This document shows positions 40,463 through 53,156 of a DNA stretch of 64,000 bases, piece by piece (positions within the stretch are counted from its first letter, which is position 1; every line of letters starts with the position of its first letter). The translations under genes were made by a program, and so were the position numbers. The stretch is taken from positions 10,168,001-10,232,000 of the forward strand of contig CP075496.1 of NCBI GenBank assembly GCA_021613535.1. The letters run 5' to 3'. The notes under the pieces were generated by a model. It made no database searches and had not been told where the DNA came from. It saw only the letters and a program-made list of their open reading frames with translations. Origin of the DNA: Adineta vaga. Its lineage: Eukaryota; Animalia; Rotifera.

Positions 40463-41811
40463 ATCTTCATAGGTATTGTTTTGGTTGTATTCATGATTTT
40501 GAATAAAAAAATAATAGGTTTTTCTTTCTTGTTAGATGTTTTATTTGGTTTGATAATGATGTAGATGGAGAAACGTCATTCGATTGTGTTGTTTCAAGTG
40601 ATTTCTTTTCTTTTCTTACTTCGATCTACATAAAATGTGCGTTGAAGACAAGAATAAAAAAATAGGTGTAAGAAATCGAGTTTTTTGTAGTTAAAGGAAG
40701 AAAAAGAAAAACGAAAAAGAAAGAATCAATGGATAGAAGGATTTATCTTCAGAGGAAATATATATTTATTCGGTTTCGTCGAATGCCGAGTATAAGACTA
40801 TTGTCATTTAGTGTATTTTGACTTTTATTAATGAATCATAAATAAATATTGTCAGAAGATATCAATCAATCGATTGTTTATTAAAATAAAATAAAAATAT
40901 TCTGTTACATGTTCACATTTCTCCGTTATAAATAGTGTTTGCACGGTAGTTAATCAGATGACAAGAAGTGAAGTTCATATTTATTGAAATCTTATCTTAG
41001 TTTTATTCAACTGAAGATCCTCTTGTTATTTCGTTGAAAACATGTAATCATTCTTTTTTCATTTCTATTCTATTATATAGACAGAAAACGTTATCTCTTG
41101 AGAAATGAAAGACAACTGACAGCAGCATTGGAAAATCTCATCATTGAGAGGACACTTTTCGAGTTCATTGTTTTTTTTTGTATGTAATCTTGAAGTACCG
41201 TAGTATATAGTATGATATTTTGAATACTTAAAGTATACGAAGTTCATGATATCTAAGAAGCCAATTGTCACGTATTACGGTACGAAAAACTATTATAAAT
41301 ATATATATATATATTCCTTTGTTGTATTCCGAGTATAAAAGAATAAAAAGCAAACAATGCTAGTCGAAGAACAACGTGTAGTACAAGACGAAATTTGTTC
41401 ATCTCAGTCATTGTAATACTGAGCTTGTCACATGAGATCTCTAGGAGAAAAATTAGTATTTAAACGTATTTTATTCAAGACATCCTGAATTATATTCAAT
41501 TTGTGTTTTAACAAACTAAAGAAATCTTTTAAATCTACGACATTTTTACACCTGATATTCTAAATACGTTCGTTTAATAAGAATAAGTATCTCGATTTCT
41601 CACTGATGAGTAATCTGAGTATACAAACAATAGAAATATTGTATCCGTTCAAGATTTTGTTCAGTCATTTATTTCTTCTTTTTATTTATTTTTTTTCTTT
41701 CTTGTTGTTTTTCTTGTTTCGATAAAAGCTAACAACAAGTTTCAGTTCATCAAGTCAATGATGATAAAAACAAACAAAACGGAAATTATACGAGTAATAC
41801 TCGTTGTTTGT

Positions 41812-43770
41812 TTACGATGATTTTGTTGATACAGTTGTTTTTGTTGTTACTGTTGTAGTTTTCTTGGTAGTAGCATCTTTTTGTGTTTTAGTTTTTTTAA
41901 CTAAATTAACACCTGTTAATCGTTTAGCTCTTACTGATTCATGTGTACGTTCTTTACGAGCAGCAGCCTATAGACAAGAGAAGAAAAGCAAAAATGAATG
42001 AATATAATTGACAAATTAGGTATAGATTACTACCTTTGTTTCAGTTGTTGTGCCTGTTCGTCGTCCTTTGAGTTGTTTCAAAAGAGTTTGACGTTTTTGT
42101 ACAGCTGCATATGGATTAAGTCGTGACATTAAAGCGATATTCTTCAATGGATTCTTCTTAACTTTACGACGAGCTTGACGTTTACTATTGAAAGTTATCA
42201 AATAGAATATAATGAATTTCAACAGAAGAAAATATTTTGACATACATTGGTGGACGAAGTACACTTTGAATTTCAAAAGCTTTGAGTAAACGTCCCAAAT
42301 CGCTGTTAGTCATCATTGGTTGTGGAAGACTAAAAGTAAATGAATGATTAAACACATGTTAAAGAAGTATATTTGATGAATAGTATGGAAAAGAAATTGA
42401 TTCAACCGAGTGTATCTTCTTTGAATTTCTTCCATCGTTAAGAATTATCAAAGAATAACAAACCGTAGATCGAAATGCAAAAATAAAATATAGTGAAAGC
42501 TTTCTCTTCTATAAAACTTCAGAATTTCCTTACTTGAAATCCACTTTTTCTTGTGATTTTTTACTCCATGTTCCATAGATAGCATCGAGTTTTTTGAATG
42601 CTGATTCTGTCCAAATAACAAATCGACCAACATGACCACCCGGTGCCATACGAAGTAAATTGAGTCGTTCAACACTCAATAATGATACACCTAGAAAATA
42701 TTTATGTATAATAATATATTTTTCATATTGTTTTATGAATATTTATGTTTGTTCAAAATGAAGAAGATATGTTTCATAAAGAAATATATCCGAAGACGTA
42801 AACAATTCTTTTTCAATTTTCCTCTCAGTTTTTGGAGATTCATTCTATATAAATCAAGATGATCTCCCAAGATAAGAGGAACAAATATTCTTCTTCCTTT
42901 GTATCGTGAAATAGAAAACTTACCGGGAATGTTACGAAAAGCTTTCTTAACACCATTGTCTTTGTCGTAGATGATGACTGGACCACGTTTCATAACTGTT
43001 CGTCGATTACGCATTTTACCAACACCAGCACGAGTATGTTTTGATGCATAAACTTTAAGAATATCGGACCAAGCACCGACTTTACGTAATACAGCAACTG
43101 CTTCTTTCGTTTTCTTTAAATCTTGTAATTTATCGGACAAAACCAATGGGATTTCTGGTACAGTTTCAATGCTATGACCTAATTGCATTAAAATCGTAAT
43201 GATGGGAAAATTCTAATTGATAAAAAAGTATTACCTTTAGCTAAAACAAGTGATGGAACACCGGAAGCAGCAATGGCACTGATAAGTGCATATCGTCGTT
43301 GTTTTAAATTGATTTTTCGGTGCCATTTACGCCAAACTTTTAATGGTGCATACATTCGACCACCACGACACATATTACCAAAAGCACCTTGACCTGATCG
43401 ATGAGTACCACCACCACGTACACGTGGAATACGTGCTACAGCACGGCCAGTACCCCATGATTGAGCTGAAGTTTGTTCACCTGTAAAGAAACGAAAAGAA
43501 AAGAAAAAGTTTCAATAAAAACAATAAATCAAGTTTTATTATACCAGCTTTGGTGCTGACAGCATGTGCTTGTCGTTTGTTACGTCGCATTTGATCATGA
43601 ACAAAATTGACAATATCAGTTCGAATTGGAGCACGAAAAACGGCAGGTAAGAGAACTGATTTTCCTGTTGATTGACCCTTTTCATCGTAAACAGTAACAA
43701 GAGGTCGCGAGGCGGCCTATAAAGTAATTCAAATGAATTTCAATTCAAATTCAATTAAGATACAAACCAT
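41812..43770 (-). CDS. RPL4: 60S ribosomal protein L4 (uL4), multi-exon
   Basis: M|[72 protein letters not shown]. Confidence 0.97.
42743..42883 (-). ncRNA. Intronic box H/ACA snoRNA candidate in RPL4
   Basis: Hairpin 1 (TTCCTCT/AGAGGAA, GGAGAT/ATCTCC, internal pocket), hinge with ANANNA (AAAAGA), hairpin 2 (TTGTTT/GAACAA, GGATAT/ATATCT, pocket), then ACA+3 nt. About 140 nt, in an intron of about 230 nt. Confidence 0.8.
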
Positions 43771-44196
43771 TTTCCAATAAGTCTTGTTGATTTTAAGTTG
43801 AATTCAAAAGCAAATGGATACAGGAGAATATCATCGACCCCCACAGAAAAAAATGGATTTCTTTCGGTAAACATTGGATCAAATGTTTATTTACTTTTAC
43901 TTGAAAAATTGTTTGAAATTTTTTTCAAATATTTCCAAGAATTAAAGTCTTTCTTTTGTTTTCAATTAGATCAAATATTTCTGATTTATGCATTACTGCT
44001 TTAGATATGGAGGTTAATTTTAAGATGTCAGTAGTTCATAGAATGAACCAATGGCAAAACATATAATCATATAGACACATGCATATGCATTATTGAAGAC
44101 AAGACAATGCGTCAAATAATGTTTGATAAATTCATCCTTTTTTTTTGAATATTATCATCAAATGTAATTGAAATAAAACAATAGTGTCTGTCAGAT

Positions 44197-44625
44197 ATGT
44201 TCAATCAATTTGATGTCAATAGTAATACAACGTAAGTAAAACATAGAATAATAATCAATAGTATTATTGAAAAGACACGTTCTACAACTCTAACTATTTA
44301 CTTTCGTTCAGTTTAACTTCTATATAGTCGTTATCTAGACAATAGTTATGTGTCCATCAGTTTGAGCATAAATTATAAAAGAATTGTCATCGATTTACTA
44401 TCTTTTAGTTTAACGACAACTTCCACATCTTTTACAATTGATTCATCATCACCATCATTCTGGTTAATATTTCGTGTTAAACTATTAATCTTAATTCCAA
44501 CTATACTTGCATGTATTATATTATTTCTTATGATATTTTATTTATTAAAATATTTCATCGATTATTGTCGAAAATCTCGTCGAAAGATCACGATTAATGA
44601 TTGTACAATGTTAGATGAAAAATAA
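44197..44625 (+). CDS. Small single-pass membrane protein, 2 exons (44197-44231, 44409-44625)
   Basis: MFNQFDVNSNT|TLTTTSTSF..; TM LLILIPTILACIILFLMIFYLL followed by basic RKSRRK. The GT-AG intron is phase compatible. Confidence 0.55.
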
Positions 44626-45294
44626 TCTGTTTACTTGTTGTTTCTTTCCGGTGATTTTTTTTTCTTTACATTTTGTGTATATAATTTAAAATAGATGTAG
44701 AATGAGAAAATAATACCAATTTCTTTCATACTCTATCTTTCAAGTCTTATAGTGTTTTCAGAAATCATCGAAAGCAGTTTTTATTATATACGAACAATTA
44801 TCTACAAGAAAGTCCGATATATTCATAAAAAGATCATGTAAATTAATACGAGTTATCAACTAGACAAATATCTTAATCTCTACGATTCTATTTGTATTCG
44901 CAATTATATCATCAGTAAAATAAAGCAGTTCATCCAATAGATAATTATTTCTATTTTCTATTGTTGCACGATGCTCCAAAATTATGTTTTTCGAAAAATA
45001 ATCTATTCATTTCCACTGTTTTGCACTTAAAATGAGTTCATCAGACAATCGAAGACAGTATTTCTTGTTTCACAGCATTATTCGTAGTTATTTCACACCT
45101 ATATTTTCATTTGTGAAAGTAATACGATCTTTTTTCTAATTAAATATCTAAAATAAACTAACGAGAATAAAATAACCGAAGGTGTTAATCCCAAATCTCA
45201 TCCTGTTCCATACCAGACTGAATATATCTGTGATGCTGCTTACTTTTTAAAAATATATATTCTTAATTATTAATCTATTCGAATGTAAGTTAAA

Positions 45295-46404
45295 ATGTCG
45301 TCAAATATTTCAACTACTACTGTATCATCGGATTTAATACAAGCAGGAAGAATTCTTCCAATATGTGAAGAATATCTGATTGTTATGATTTATATATTTG
45401 GTTTCATTGGTTCATTATTAAATATTTTTATTTTTCTTCAAAAACGTCTCCGAATAAAATCTTGTTCAATCTATTTTCTTCTATGTTCATTTGTTGATTT
45501 TTCCTTTCTAAACTCGTTTATGTTAATGCATTTAATAAGTTTATTTAATTTGAAACCTTTTTCTTCAATTAATTCAACGAATTTCTGGTGTAAATTGGGT
45601 AATTATTTCTATTTTCTTTTACCTTGTCTTACATCAACGTATCTTATTCTTACATCAATCGATCGTTTTTGTGCAAGTTCATCGAATAATAAATTACAAA
45701 AACTAAATCAATTAAAAACGACTTATCTTCTTACATTGTTCATCTTTTTTATATGGATTAGTTTTGCTTTACATATTCCAATTGACTATAATCTTATTCA
45801 GTTAAGTCAAACAAATAATACTCAATGTACACCTTCATTAAATAATGTACAATTATTTGTAATTATTGATGGATACTTTTTCGCATTATATAATGGTATT
45901 ATAACTCCTTTTTTCTTAGTTGTTTTTGGTTTATTAATTCTTCGTAATATCAAACTTATTCATCGACGAACAAATCCTCAATTAGCATCAACAATGATCT
46001 TAGAAGTCAATCATCAAATTAATATTCGTTTAACTCGTGGAAATCAACATTTGATTACAATGCTTCTCGTTCAAGTTAGTTTAACTGTTCTTCTAAATAT
46101 TCCATATATTACTTTTTATCTTTATGGAATTTATAACTCTACACCTCGATATTGGTTATCATTATTAATCTATAGAATATGTACATATATTGCACGTTGG
46201 TTTTGGTTTATGAATTTTTCAAAATCTTTTTATGTAAATATCTGTTCTAGTCAAATATTTCGAAATATTCTGAAACGACGAATTATACAATTGTTTTTCT
46301 TCGGTGAATGTCATCGGAATCAAGTACATCAAATAATTTCACAGCAAATTCAACGACAATTAAGTTCGAATTCAGACTATAATTTGGAATTAACACGAAG
46401 ATAG
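45295..46404 (+). CDS. Rhodopsin-like 7TM GPCR, intronless
   Basis: GSLLN, SCSIYF, WCK, LTSIDRF, SFYVNICSSQIFR. Confidence 0.88.
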   Translation: MSSNISTTTVSSDLIQAGRILPICEEYLIVMIYIFGFIGSLLNIFIFLQKRLRIKSCSIYFLLCSFVDFSFLNSFMLMHLISLFNLKPFSSINSTNFWCKLGNYFYFLLPCLTSTYLILTSIDRFCASSSNNKLQKLNQLKTTYLLTLFIFFIWISFALHIPIDYNLIQLSQTNNTQCTPSLNNVQLFVIIDGYFFALYNGIITPFFLVVFGLLILRNIKLIHRRTNPQLASTMILEVNHQINIRLTRGNQHLITMLLVQVSLTVLLNIPYITFYLYGIYNSTPRYWLSLLIYRICTYIARWFWFMNFSKSFYVNICSSQIFRNILKRRIIQLFFFGECHRNQVHQIISQQIQRQLSSNSDYNLELTRR

Positions 46405-46738
46405 TTGTCTATTGCGAAAATTGATATGAATCTTTTGTTTTTTTTTGCAAAATTTATCATAGAAACTAGCAAATTAAAAGAATGCTTATTTTATATTCTT
46501 GTTTCTAATAAGATAAAGTGCACGTATTGAAAGAAAGTTCAAATTATGTAGATTTGTGTCATTCATATCTGTTTGGATGATAATCTACAGAATGAATAAA
46601 GCTTTTAAGATTATATTTTAACACAATTGATTTGAAATATTTATTTCAATGATAAGTGAAAAAGTGTAGGTGGCACAAACATCAATGAGTGCATTAATAG
46701 GTTTCGATACTTTAGTTGTTTTTTTATGAATATACATA

Positions 46739-47796
46739 TTATTCATGTTCAATGCTACTTTTAGCCATTTGTAATTCGATTTGATTAGCAGGTTTTACTG
46801 CTCTTTGCCAACGTTCAAGATGAATTCTGAAGAGAACATAGATCAATTGCCGACGAAATCGTTCAGATGCAAATATATAGACGAAAAAAGGACTCTAGAA
46901 AAGAAGCACTGAGATTTCTTTGCTCAAAATCGTTTCATTAAACTTACCGCAAAATAACTATAGTAAAAGAAAACTGAAATCGACGTAGCAAATCGTACTT
47001 TTGTAGCTAAAGTTGGATCATTTGTCAAACTAGTGTTCAATGAGAGAACATTCATTATTGAAAATGGTAGAACTGTAAAAAAAGTAACAATATCTTGAGT
47101 TAAAACCATTGTTGTTAATTGTTTATCTAATTCTCGACGAACTAATGGAACGGTTCGGTAATTCATTGTACGTACATTATGAAACGCTAAAGTACCAAAT
47201 ATGAGTGTGAAACACACAGGAAAAAAGCCAGTCATTATTAACGATATGAAATAATTTCGATATTGTGTGAATATCGAATTCTGATTGATACACACAAATT
47301 TAGTTGGATCAGAAGATGAAACTTGATAATAAAGAATTAAATAAGGAATTCCATGTAATATCCATAGAATAATGAATAGTGCTGATAAACGTCGTGCTAA
47401 TTTGATATTACTCCATTGTTGCCATCGAGGACGTGAACTCGTTGCAAAATATTGATCAATAGTTGCTAAACATAAGCATGTACATGAAATTAATGAACTT
47501 GCTGGAAACAGAAAATAACGAAGTTTACAAAAGAACAATGATGTTTGTGTCCAATCGATACCGAAACCAGTGATAACAATACGAACTAATAAACCAGTTA
47601 TTAACTGAAAATTATTAACAAATGACATAATGATTAAATAAAATGCACAAGAACTTTCTCGAAAAGTGCGTAAACTAAGAAAGACAATTATATTGAGTAC
47701 ATTACCAATCAAACCACCAATAAGAACTGGTATTCCAAAGTATAATGAAACTGCACGACCAATATAATCTAGTTGTGCGAGAAATTCTGCTGACAT
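46739..47796 (-). CDS. Rhodopsin-like 7TM GPCR, 2 exons
   Basis: Paralog of the 28753 gene: LATIDQY, VRRELDKQLT; last exon SPFFVYIFASERFRRQ starts at 46894. Confidence 0.88.
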
Positions 47797-49147
47797 TGTG
47801 ATTTATAACGATAGAATATAGTTTAATCTCTGTATATCTAGAAAAATAATTTCAGAATCAAAGAACAAACTTTACATATCTTGACGGTGTGTAATTGCTA
47901 TGTAGGAATCAACTATCCACTCTATGAATAAAGACAATAACTCGAGTTGAAAAGTCACTGGTTTTAATAATTCTAATCTGTCATCGTACATAAGATTATA
48001 ATTGTAGCATAATTCTTTTTTAATATTACATTATGTCTTCCATACATAAAACAAACTAGAATTGATGTTGTAGCAAGTAGAATAAGAACCAATGAGAGCC
48101 AAGAAAAATATTCTGTTCTACTTATTATTTTAAGCTTGATGATATGTTTTACTTCTAAACTTTATTTCATTTTATTAGCTTCAACGAACATGACAAATTA
48201 TTTCATATTAATCTGTTTACTCAATAGAATATGAATAGCTCAAAGACGTTAAAAAAATGTTCTGCTTCCGGGTGAGTATAAATTATGCTCATAAGATTTC
48301 AATGACATCTTTTCTCAAACCTGATGCCTCATATTCGTGAATCAATGGAAAGATTTGACTGATGAACAAAATTGAATGTATTTCAGATGTCTTTTATTTC
48401 TATCGTTTAGATATTTAATACAGGTGCATTCTTTCCAACAATTTATATGTCAGAGTATAGAAGCAGATGTCCTCAATTAATTATAATTGTTCTCATCGAA
48501 GATATCTTACATTGAGCTTATTCATTGAATAAAAAGGCGAAGCCATTTTATTGGCCATTGTTACTCTGAGTATAGAAATTTTATTAACAATAATTTAAAT
48601 ATCTTGTTTATGCCTAAAACTCTATCGAAGGCATTATAAAATTCTGCAAACAAAAATAACAGATTTTTTTTACTTTCAAGACTACCTGAATTTCAGATGC
48701 ATAAAAGTACAATGAGATTCGTGAATGTTCATGGAGTGCGGTAGAATCAATGAAGTACTATGAAAATTCCCTAAAACTCTGGAAATTTTCAGCAACACAA
48801 AATAAAGTTTATTTGGAATTTAAATTGATTTGCAAACCATTGCTACAATCACTGTTCTAAACATTCGATAGAACCGAGAAAGAAAAACAAGACAATCATA
48901 GATAAATTACAAGGAATTGAAATTTCGTTCATTAAACGGGACACAAAAACGAACAAAAGAAGAATAACATTCATATAAATATAATATACTTACGTCGATA
49001 AAAGTAATTCGTCAAACACCCTCTCTGCACTAAGATAAATATGAGACAGAAATATTTGTAGATTCCTTTTCAGTTAATTACGAATCCTTCAAAATTTTTC
49101 TATCTACAATATTGAATAATAGTTTTACTCGTTGCTAATTTAGGTTG

Positions 49148-50168
49148 TTAATTCTTTGGTACTACTTGATTAATAATAATCTGTTGGCGTCGGCATCTAT
49201 TAAGATGTATTTCATATATCACATGGATGAGTTGTCGACGGAATCTTTCAGATACGCACATGTATATGTAAAATGGACTCTACAAAAAAAGATCCAATTC
49301 ATATTATTAACTAATTGTAATCATCATCACTCACTGTAAAATTCAAATAATACCATAAGATTGTTAATACACTTGCAAACTGAATTTTTGCTGCTATAAC
49401 TGGATCGCTTCTCGATACAATATTTCTTTGAATTGCAAGTATAATATTATTAGGTAATAATAGCACTGCATTCACAGCAACTTGGACTAAAACCATCGTA
49501 GTTAGTTGTTTGTCGAGTTCTCGACGAATGACTGGGATATTTTGATGATGTGATCGTCGAATATTGTAAAATGACATTGATGCAAACATAATTGTTACAC
49601 AGATAGGTAAGAAACCGGTCAGAATGAGAAAATATCCATATGCATGATATAGTACTAATGTGTTGTCGAGAATGATACAAGTTGTTGTATTTGTCAATGG
49701 AGAATAAATATTATCAACATATACCAAATATAAAACTCCATGCAAACTCCAAATGATGCTAAATAGAATTATTAAACGTTGTGCTACTTTGAAATTGCTC
49801 CATCGTTGAAAACGAGGATTTGAACTTGTGGCTAAATATTGATCAATTGTTGCCAGTGAGATACATGTCAATGAAAGGAGTGTACATGTTTGAAGAAGAA
49901 AATACCGAAATTTACAATAGAATGATGACAAATTCGCCCAGTCAACATTATATCCGGTGATCATGATCCGTGATAATAAACCTGTCATAAGTTGGCCAAT
50001 ATTAACAATGGACATAATTGTTAAATAGAATGCACAAGAACTTTCTCGAAACGTTCTAAGACTAAGAAAAACAATAGTACTGAGCACACCACCGAGTAAG
50101 CCAGCAACGAAAACAGGAATGCCATAGTAAATACTGATTTGTTGTAAAATATATGTGAATGATGACAT
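49148..50168 (-). CDS. Rhodopsin-like 7TM GPCR, 2 exons
   Basis: LATIDQY, IRRELDKQLT; last exon SPFYIYMCVSERFRRQ; same intron position as its paralogs. Confidence 0.88.
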
Positions 50169-51279
50169 AATTGCTTTTAATACTAACGTTTCCTTGGCTG
50201 ACTAAAAAAAGTAAATTTCTTCTTTTATATCTATAATGAAGATGTCATTCAAGTACAATTGATAGATATAAAAATTACGAATACGAGAGAAGTAGGACAT
50301 ATTGCTGAGTTCAACAAAAGTTTATTCTCATATTTGTATGTCGAGATAATCAAAGTAAAACATGTTACAGGGTTATAATTTGGCTAATTCATAGTCATAG
50401 GAATCGTTTTCTTTCGTGGTTAATTTAATTGAGAGACCTATCGTCTTCTAAACATACTTCATGCAACGTACACTGCTTTGAAAAGTAGAATCGATAGAAA
50501 TCATATCTCTTCACGAAAATGTTCAGTAAGAACATTCTCTCTTCTCAACGACTTTTTTTTAAGATTCTTTTAGTTATTGATTCGCATAGAGACGTCAATT
50601 GAACATGACACAAAATATTTCTTTACATTCAAGAAAGATTAAAAGTATTATGACTTTAGCGAACTTCTAAAATCTTCAAAAGAACATTTCGTGATAAGAA
50701 AAAAAAAATTTATCATCTGTATTAAGAAAATATCTCATTACTGTAATTACAATTAAAATAAAAACTTACTTGTCAGAATTATAATTTATCTATTCCGCCG
50801 ATTATCACGTCTAGAGAAAATCTTGAAAGTCTCTCTTATGTTTCAATAGAATGCAGTTGTTAGAACTTGATAAACGACGCCTATTCGAGTTCATCTTCAT
50901 GTCACGATGTCACAGTTTTTAAAAATTTCTAACTATATCTCCGAAATAAGAAACTAAACAACATATATGTAGCGATAATAAAAATATTCCTTCGACCATT
51001 TAAGTCCATAATTAATTCGTTGCTGTCACTTACAACTGACATATCCAAAGTATGAGAAACTGTTACATAGGATAAATCATAGAGTAATTGAGGTGATAAA
51101 GTAATAAATGGGGTAATTGCAAGCTATAAGGCATATTAATAACAAAAAAAATTCAGAGAAAAATTTTCAATTTAAATCAACTGTCTTCAAAAATAGATGC
51201 TATGAATAAAAAAGTCATGCTTTTTCCAAGACATTCTTTTATATATAAATAGTAATATTTATTAGTAGAGATTGTTTAA

Positions 51280-51590
51280 GGCGGAGCTTATTTCCCTGGA
51301 CCCCTAATTTGTATATGCACTTAATCAGAAAATCAGATTTTTCTCAAAAACCACTTATCCGATCTATAGGAAAATTTAAGTACATATACAAATCAGGTCA
51401 AAGCTTCGAGTTTAAAATAATTTTCTAATAGAACATACTCCTGGGGTCCATTTGAACCATGTTACTTGTGAAACTTGTAACTCTGTCAAAACTCATGCAG
51501 ACTCAAAATTAATTTGAGGATATATGCAGTTTTAATTCTCTACAAATTGGCCGAAAAAAATCAGGGGTCCAGGGAAGTATAAGCTCCCCC
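51280..51590. mobile_element. Non-autonomous DNA transposon (MITE), 311 bp, TTAA target duplication, GG..CC termini (Kolobok-like)
   Basis: TTAA|GGCGGAGCTTATTTCCCTGGACCCCT ... AGGGGTCCAGGGAAGTATAAGCTCCCCC|TTAA; no ORF. Confidence 0.85.
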
Positions 51591-52402
51591 TTAAGGTAAA
51601 ATAATTCGAGAAGTTTTTAAAATATTTTATTACACTGCAATCAATAATTAAAATACGTATTTATTTAGACAGCTGGGGAAATACTATAATAAAAAATAGC
51701 AATCCTGATCATAGATGTTTTCTACTTCGAAACAAAGTTCACAAGTCTAAATCTTGTTTCATCGATACATTCCTTCGCTAGATAACATAGATTTTGCAGA
51801 AAAAAGAAGAATTGTACAATTCATGCGATTGATAGTCGATTGTGTACTTTGAAATTATTTATAATTCTTTTATTTCAGCAATTCATTATAAATACATATA
51901 ACCTACAGTTCAAAGCAAGCAACTGTTCTTTAAATAACAAATCTAATCAGAAAATAGAATCGTAGTAATTACAAATCAATTGCCTGAAGCATAAAAACAT
52001 TCAAAAAGTATCAAAATGTCCGACGAGCACTTTCTTTGACTAGCATCTAATTATAGACACCTCGCGAATGTTAATATTAAAAGATAAGTATCATAAGGAC
52101 ATGCGAAGATTATTGCTAATTAATCGCTGCCAGCTATAAGAATAAGATGTTTTATTAGAGTTAACAAAATATAGTCTATAATTTCTAGGATGAAAATTTT
52201 CTTATTTCACTCGTTATCAACTTGATCAACTGAAACTGTGTATATAGAAACTTGACAATATATATCTCATTAAGTATCCAGTGACATCTATAAGTATGTG
52301 TTTAGTTTTTGTTTTTCTGTCAAACCATTCAGTTAAGTTTGACGACATAGAAATAATATAATAATCATTTCTACTAATATTTTCTGTCTCTATATAAATA
52401 GA

Positions 52403-52924
52403 ATGAACAGACGCTCATTAAGTGCCGAAGCTTTAAATTCATCCGAAGAATCTAGTTCAACTCCCAAACATATTGCAACAAAATCTAAAACTTACACGTA
52501 TGATCGATGGACAATTATATGTTTAATTTTTGGATCGATTAGCATTCTCAATGCTATATGGATGTTAATTGCACCTGAACATTGGTATTATAATTTACCA
52601 GCGGGTGTCCCTGAATATGGTCCATTTAATGTTCATTTTGTTCGTGATATCGGTTGCATATTTTTACTCGTAGGCAGTGCACTCGTTGTTGCTGGATTTT
52701 ATCTTCCATATCGTGTCCCATTATTTACAATGCATACCGCTTTTTATTTATTACATATGTTCGTACATATACATGAAGTTATTGGCGGAAGAATACGATT
52801 AAGTATGTTTTGGACAGATTTACCTGGTGTTTATATTCCAGCTGTGATCCTTTTCATATTGAATATTTTTCTGATCAAACAAGTTCGAAAACCAGATACG
52901 GTTCAATATCGTTTTCGACGATGA
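52403..52924 (+). CDS. Small 4-TM protein resembling bacterial hypothetical membrane proteins (HGT candidate)
   Basis: Intronless; NAIWMLIAPEHWY..GVPEYGPFNVHFVRDIG and LHMFVHIHE resemble a bacterial family by recognition. Confidence 0.65.
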   Translation: MNRRSLSAEALNSSEESSSTPKHIATKSKTYTYDRWTIICLIFGSISILNAIWMLIAPEHWYYNLPAGVPEYGPFNVHFVRDIGCIFLLVGSALVVAGFYLPYRVPLFTMHTAFYLLHMFVHIHEVIGGRIRLSMFWTDLPGVYIPAVILFILNIFLIKQVRKPDTVQYRFRR

Positions 52925-53156
52925 CAAATGAAAGATTACGAAATGTAAAACATTCATTTATTTGAATAGACTGATATTTTGCTTATCATTTTTCATTAGT
53001 TGTAGTATTTCGTGTATTTTAAAGAAAGAACTAATTTGCTTATCTCAACTTTTTCTATTAGATCTAACAACGAATCGGTATTTTATTTTTTCTTAAAGAT
53101 TTATGAATTTATTTTGCTGTTTTGTTATCAGTAAACTTTCATATCGAATTTAAAAT

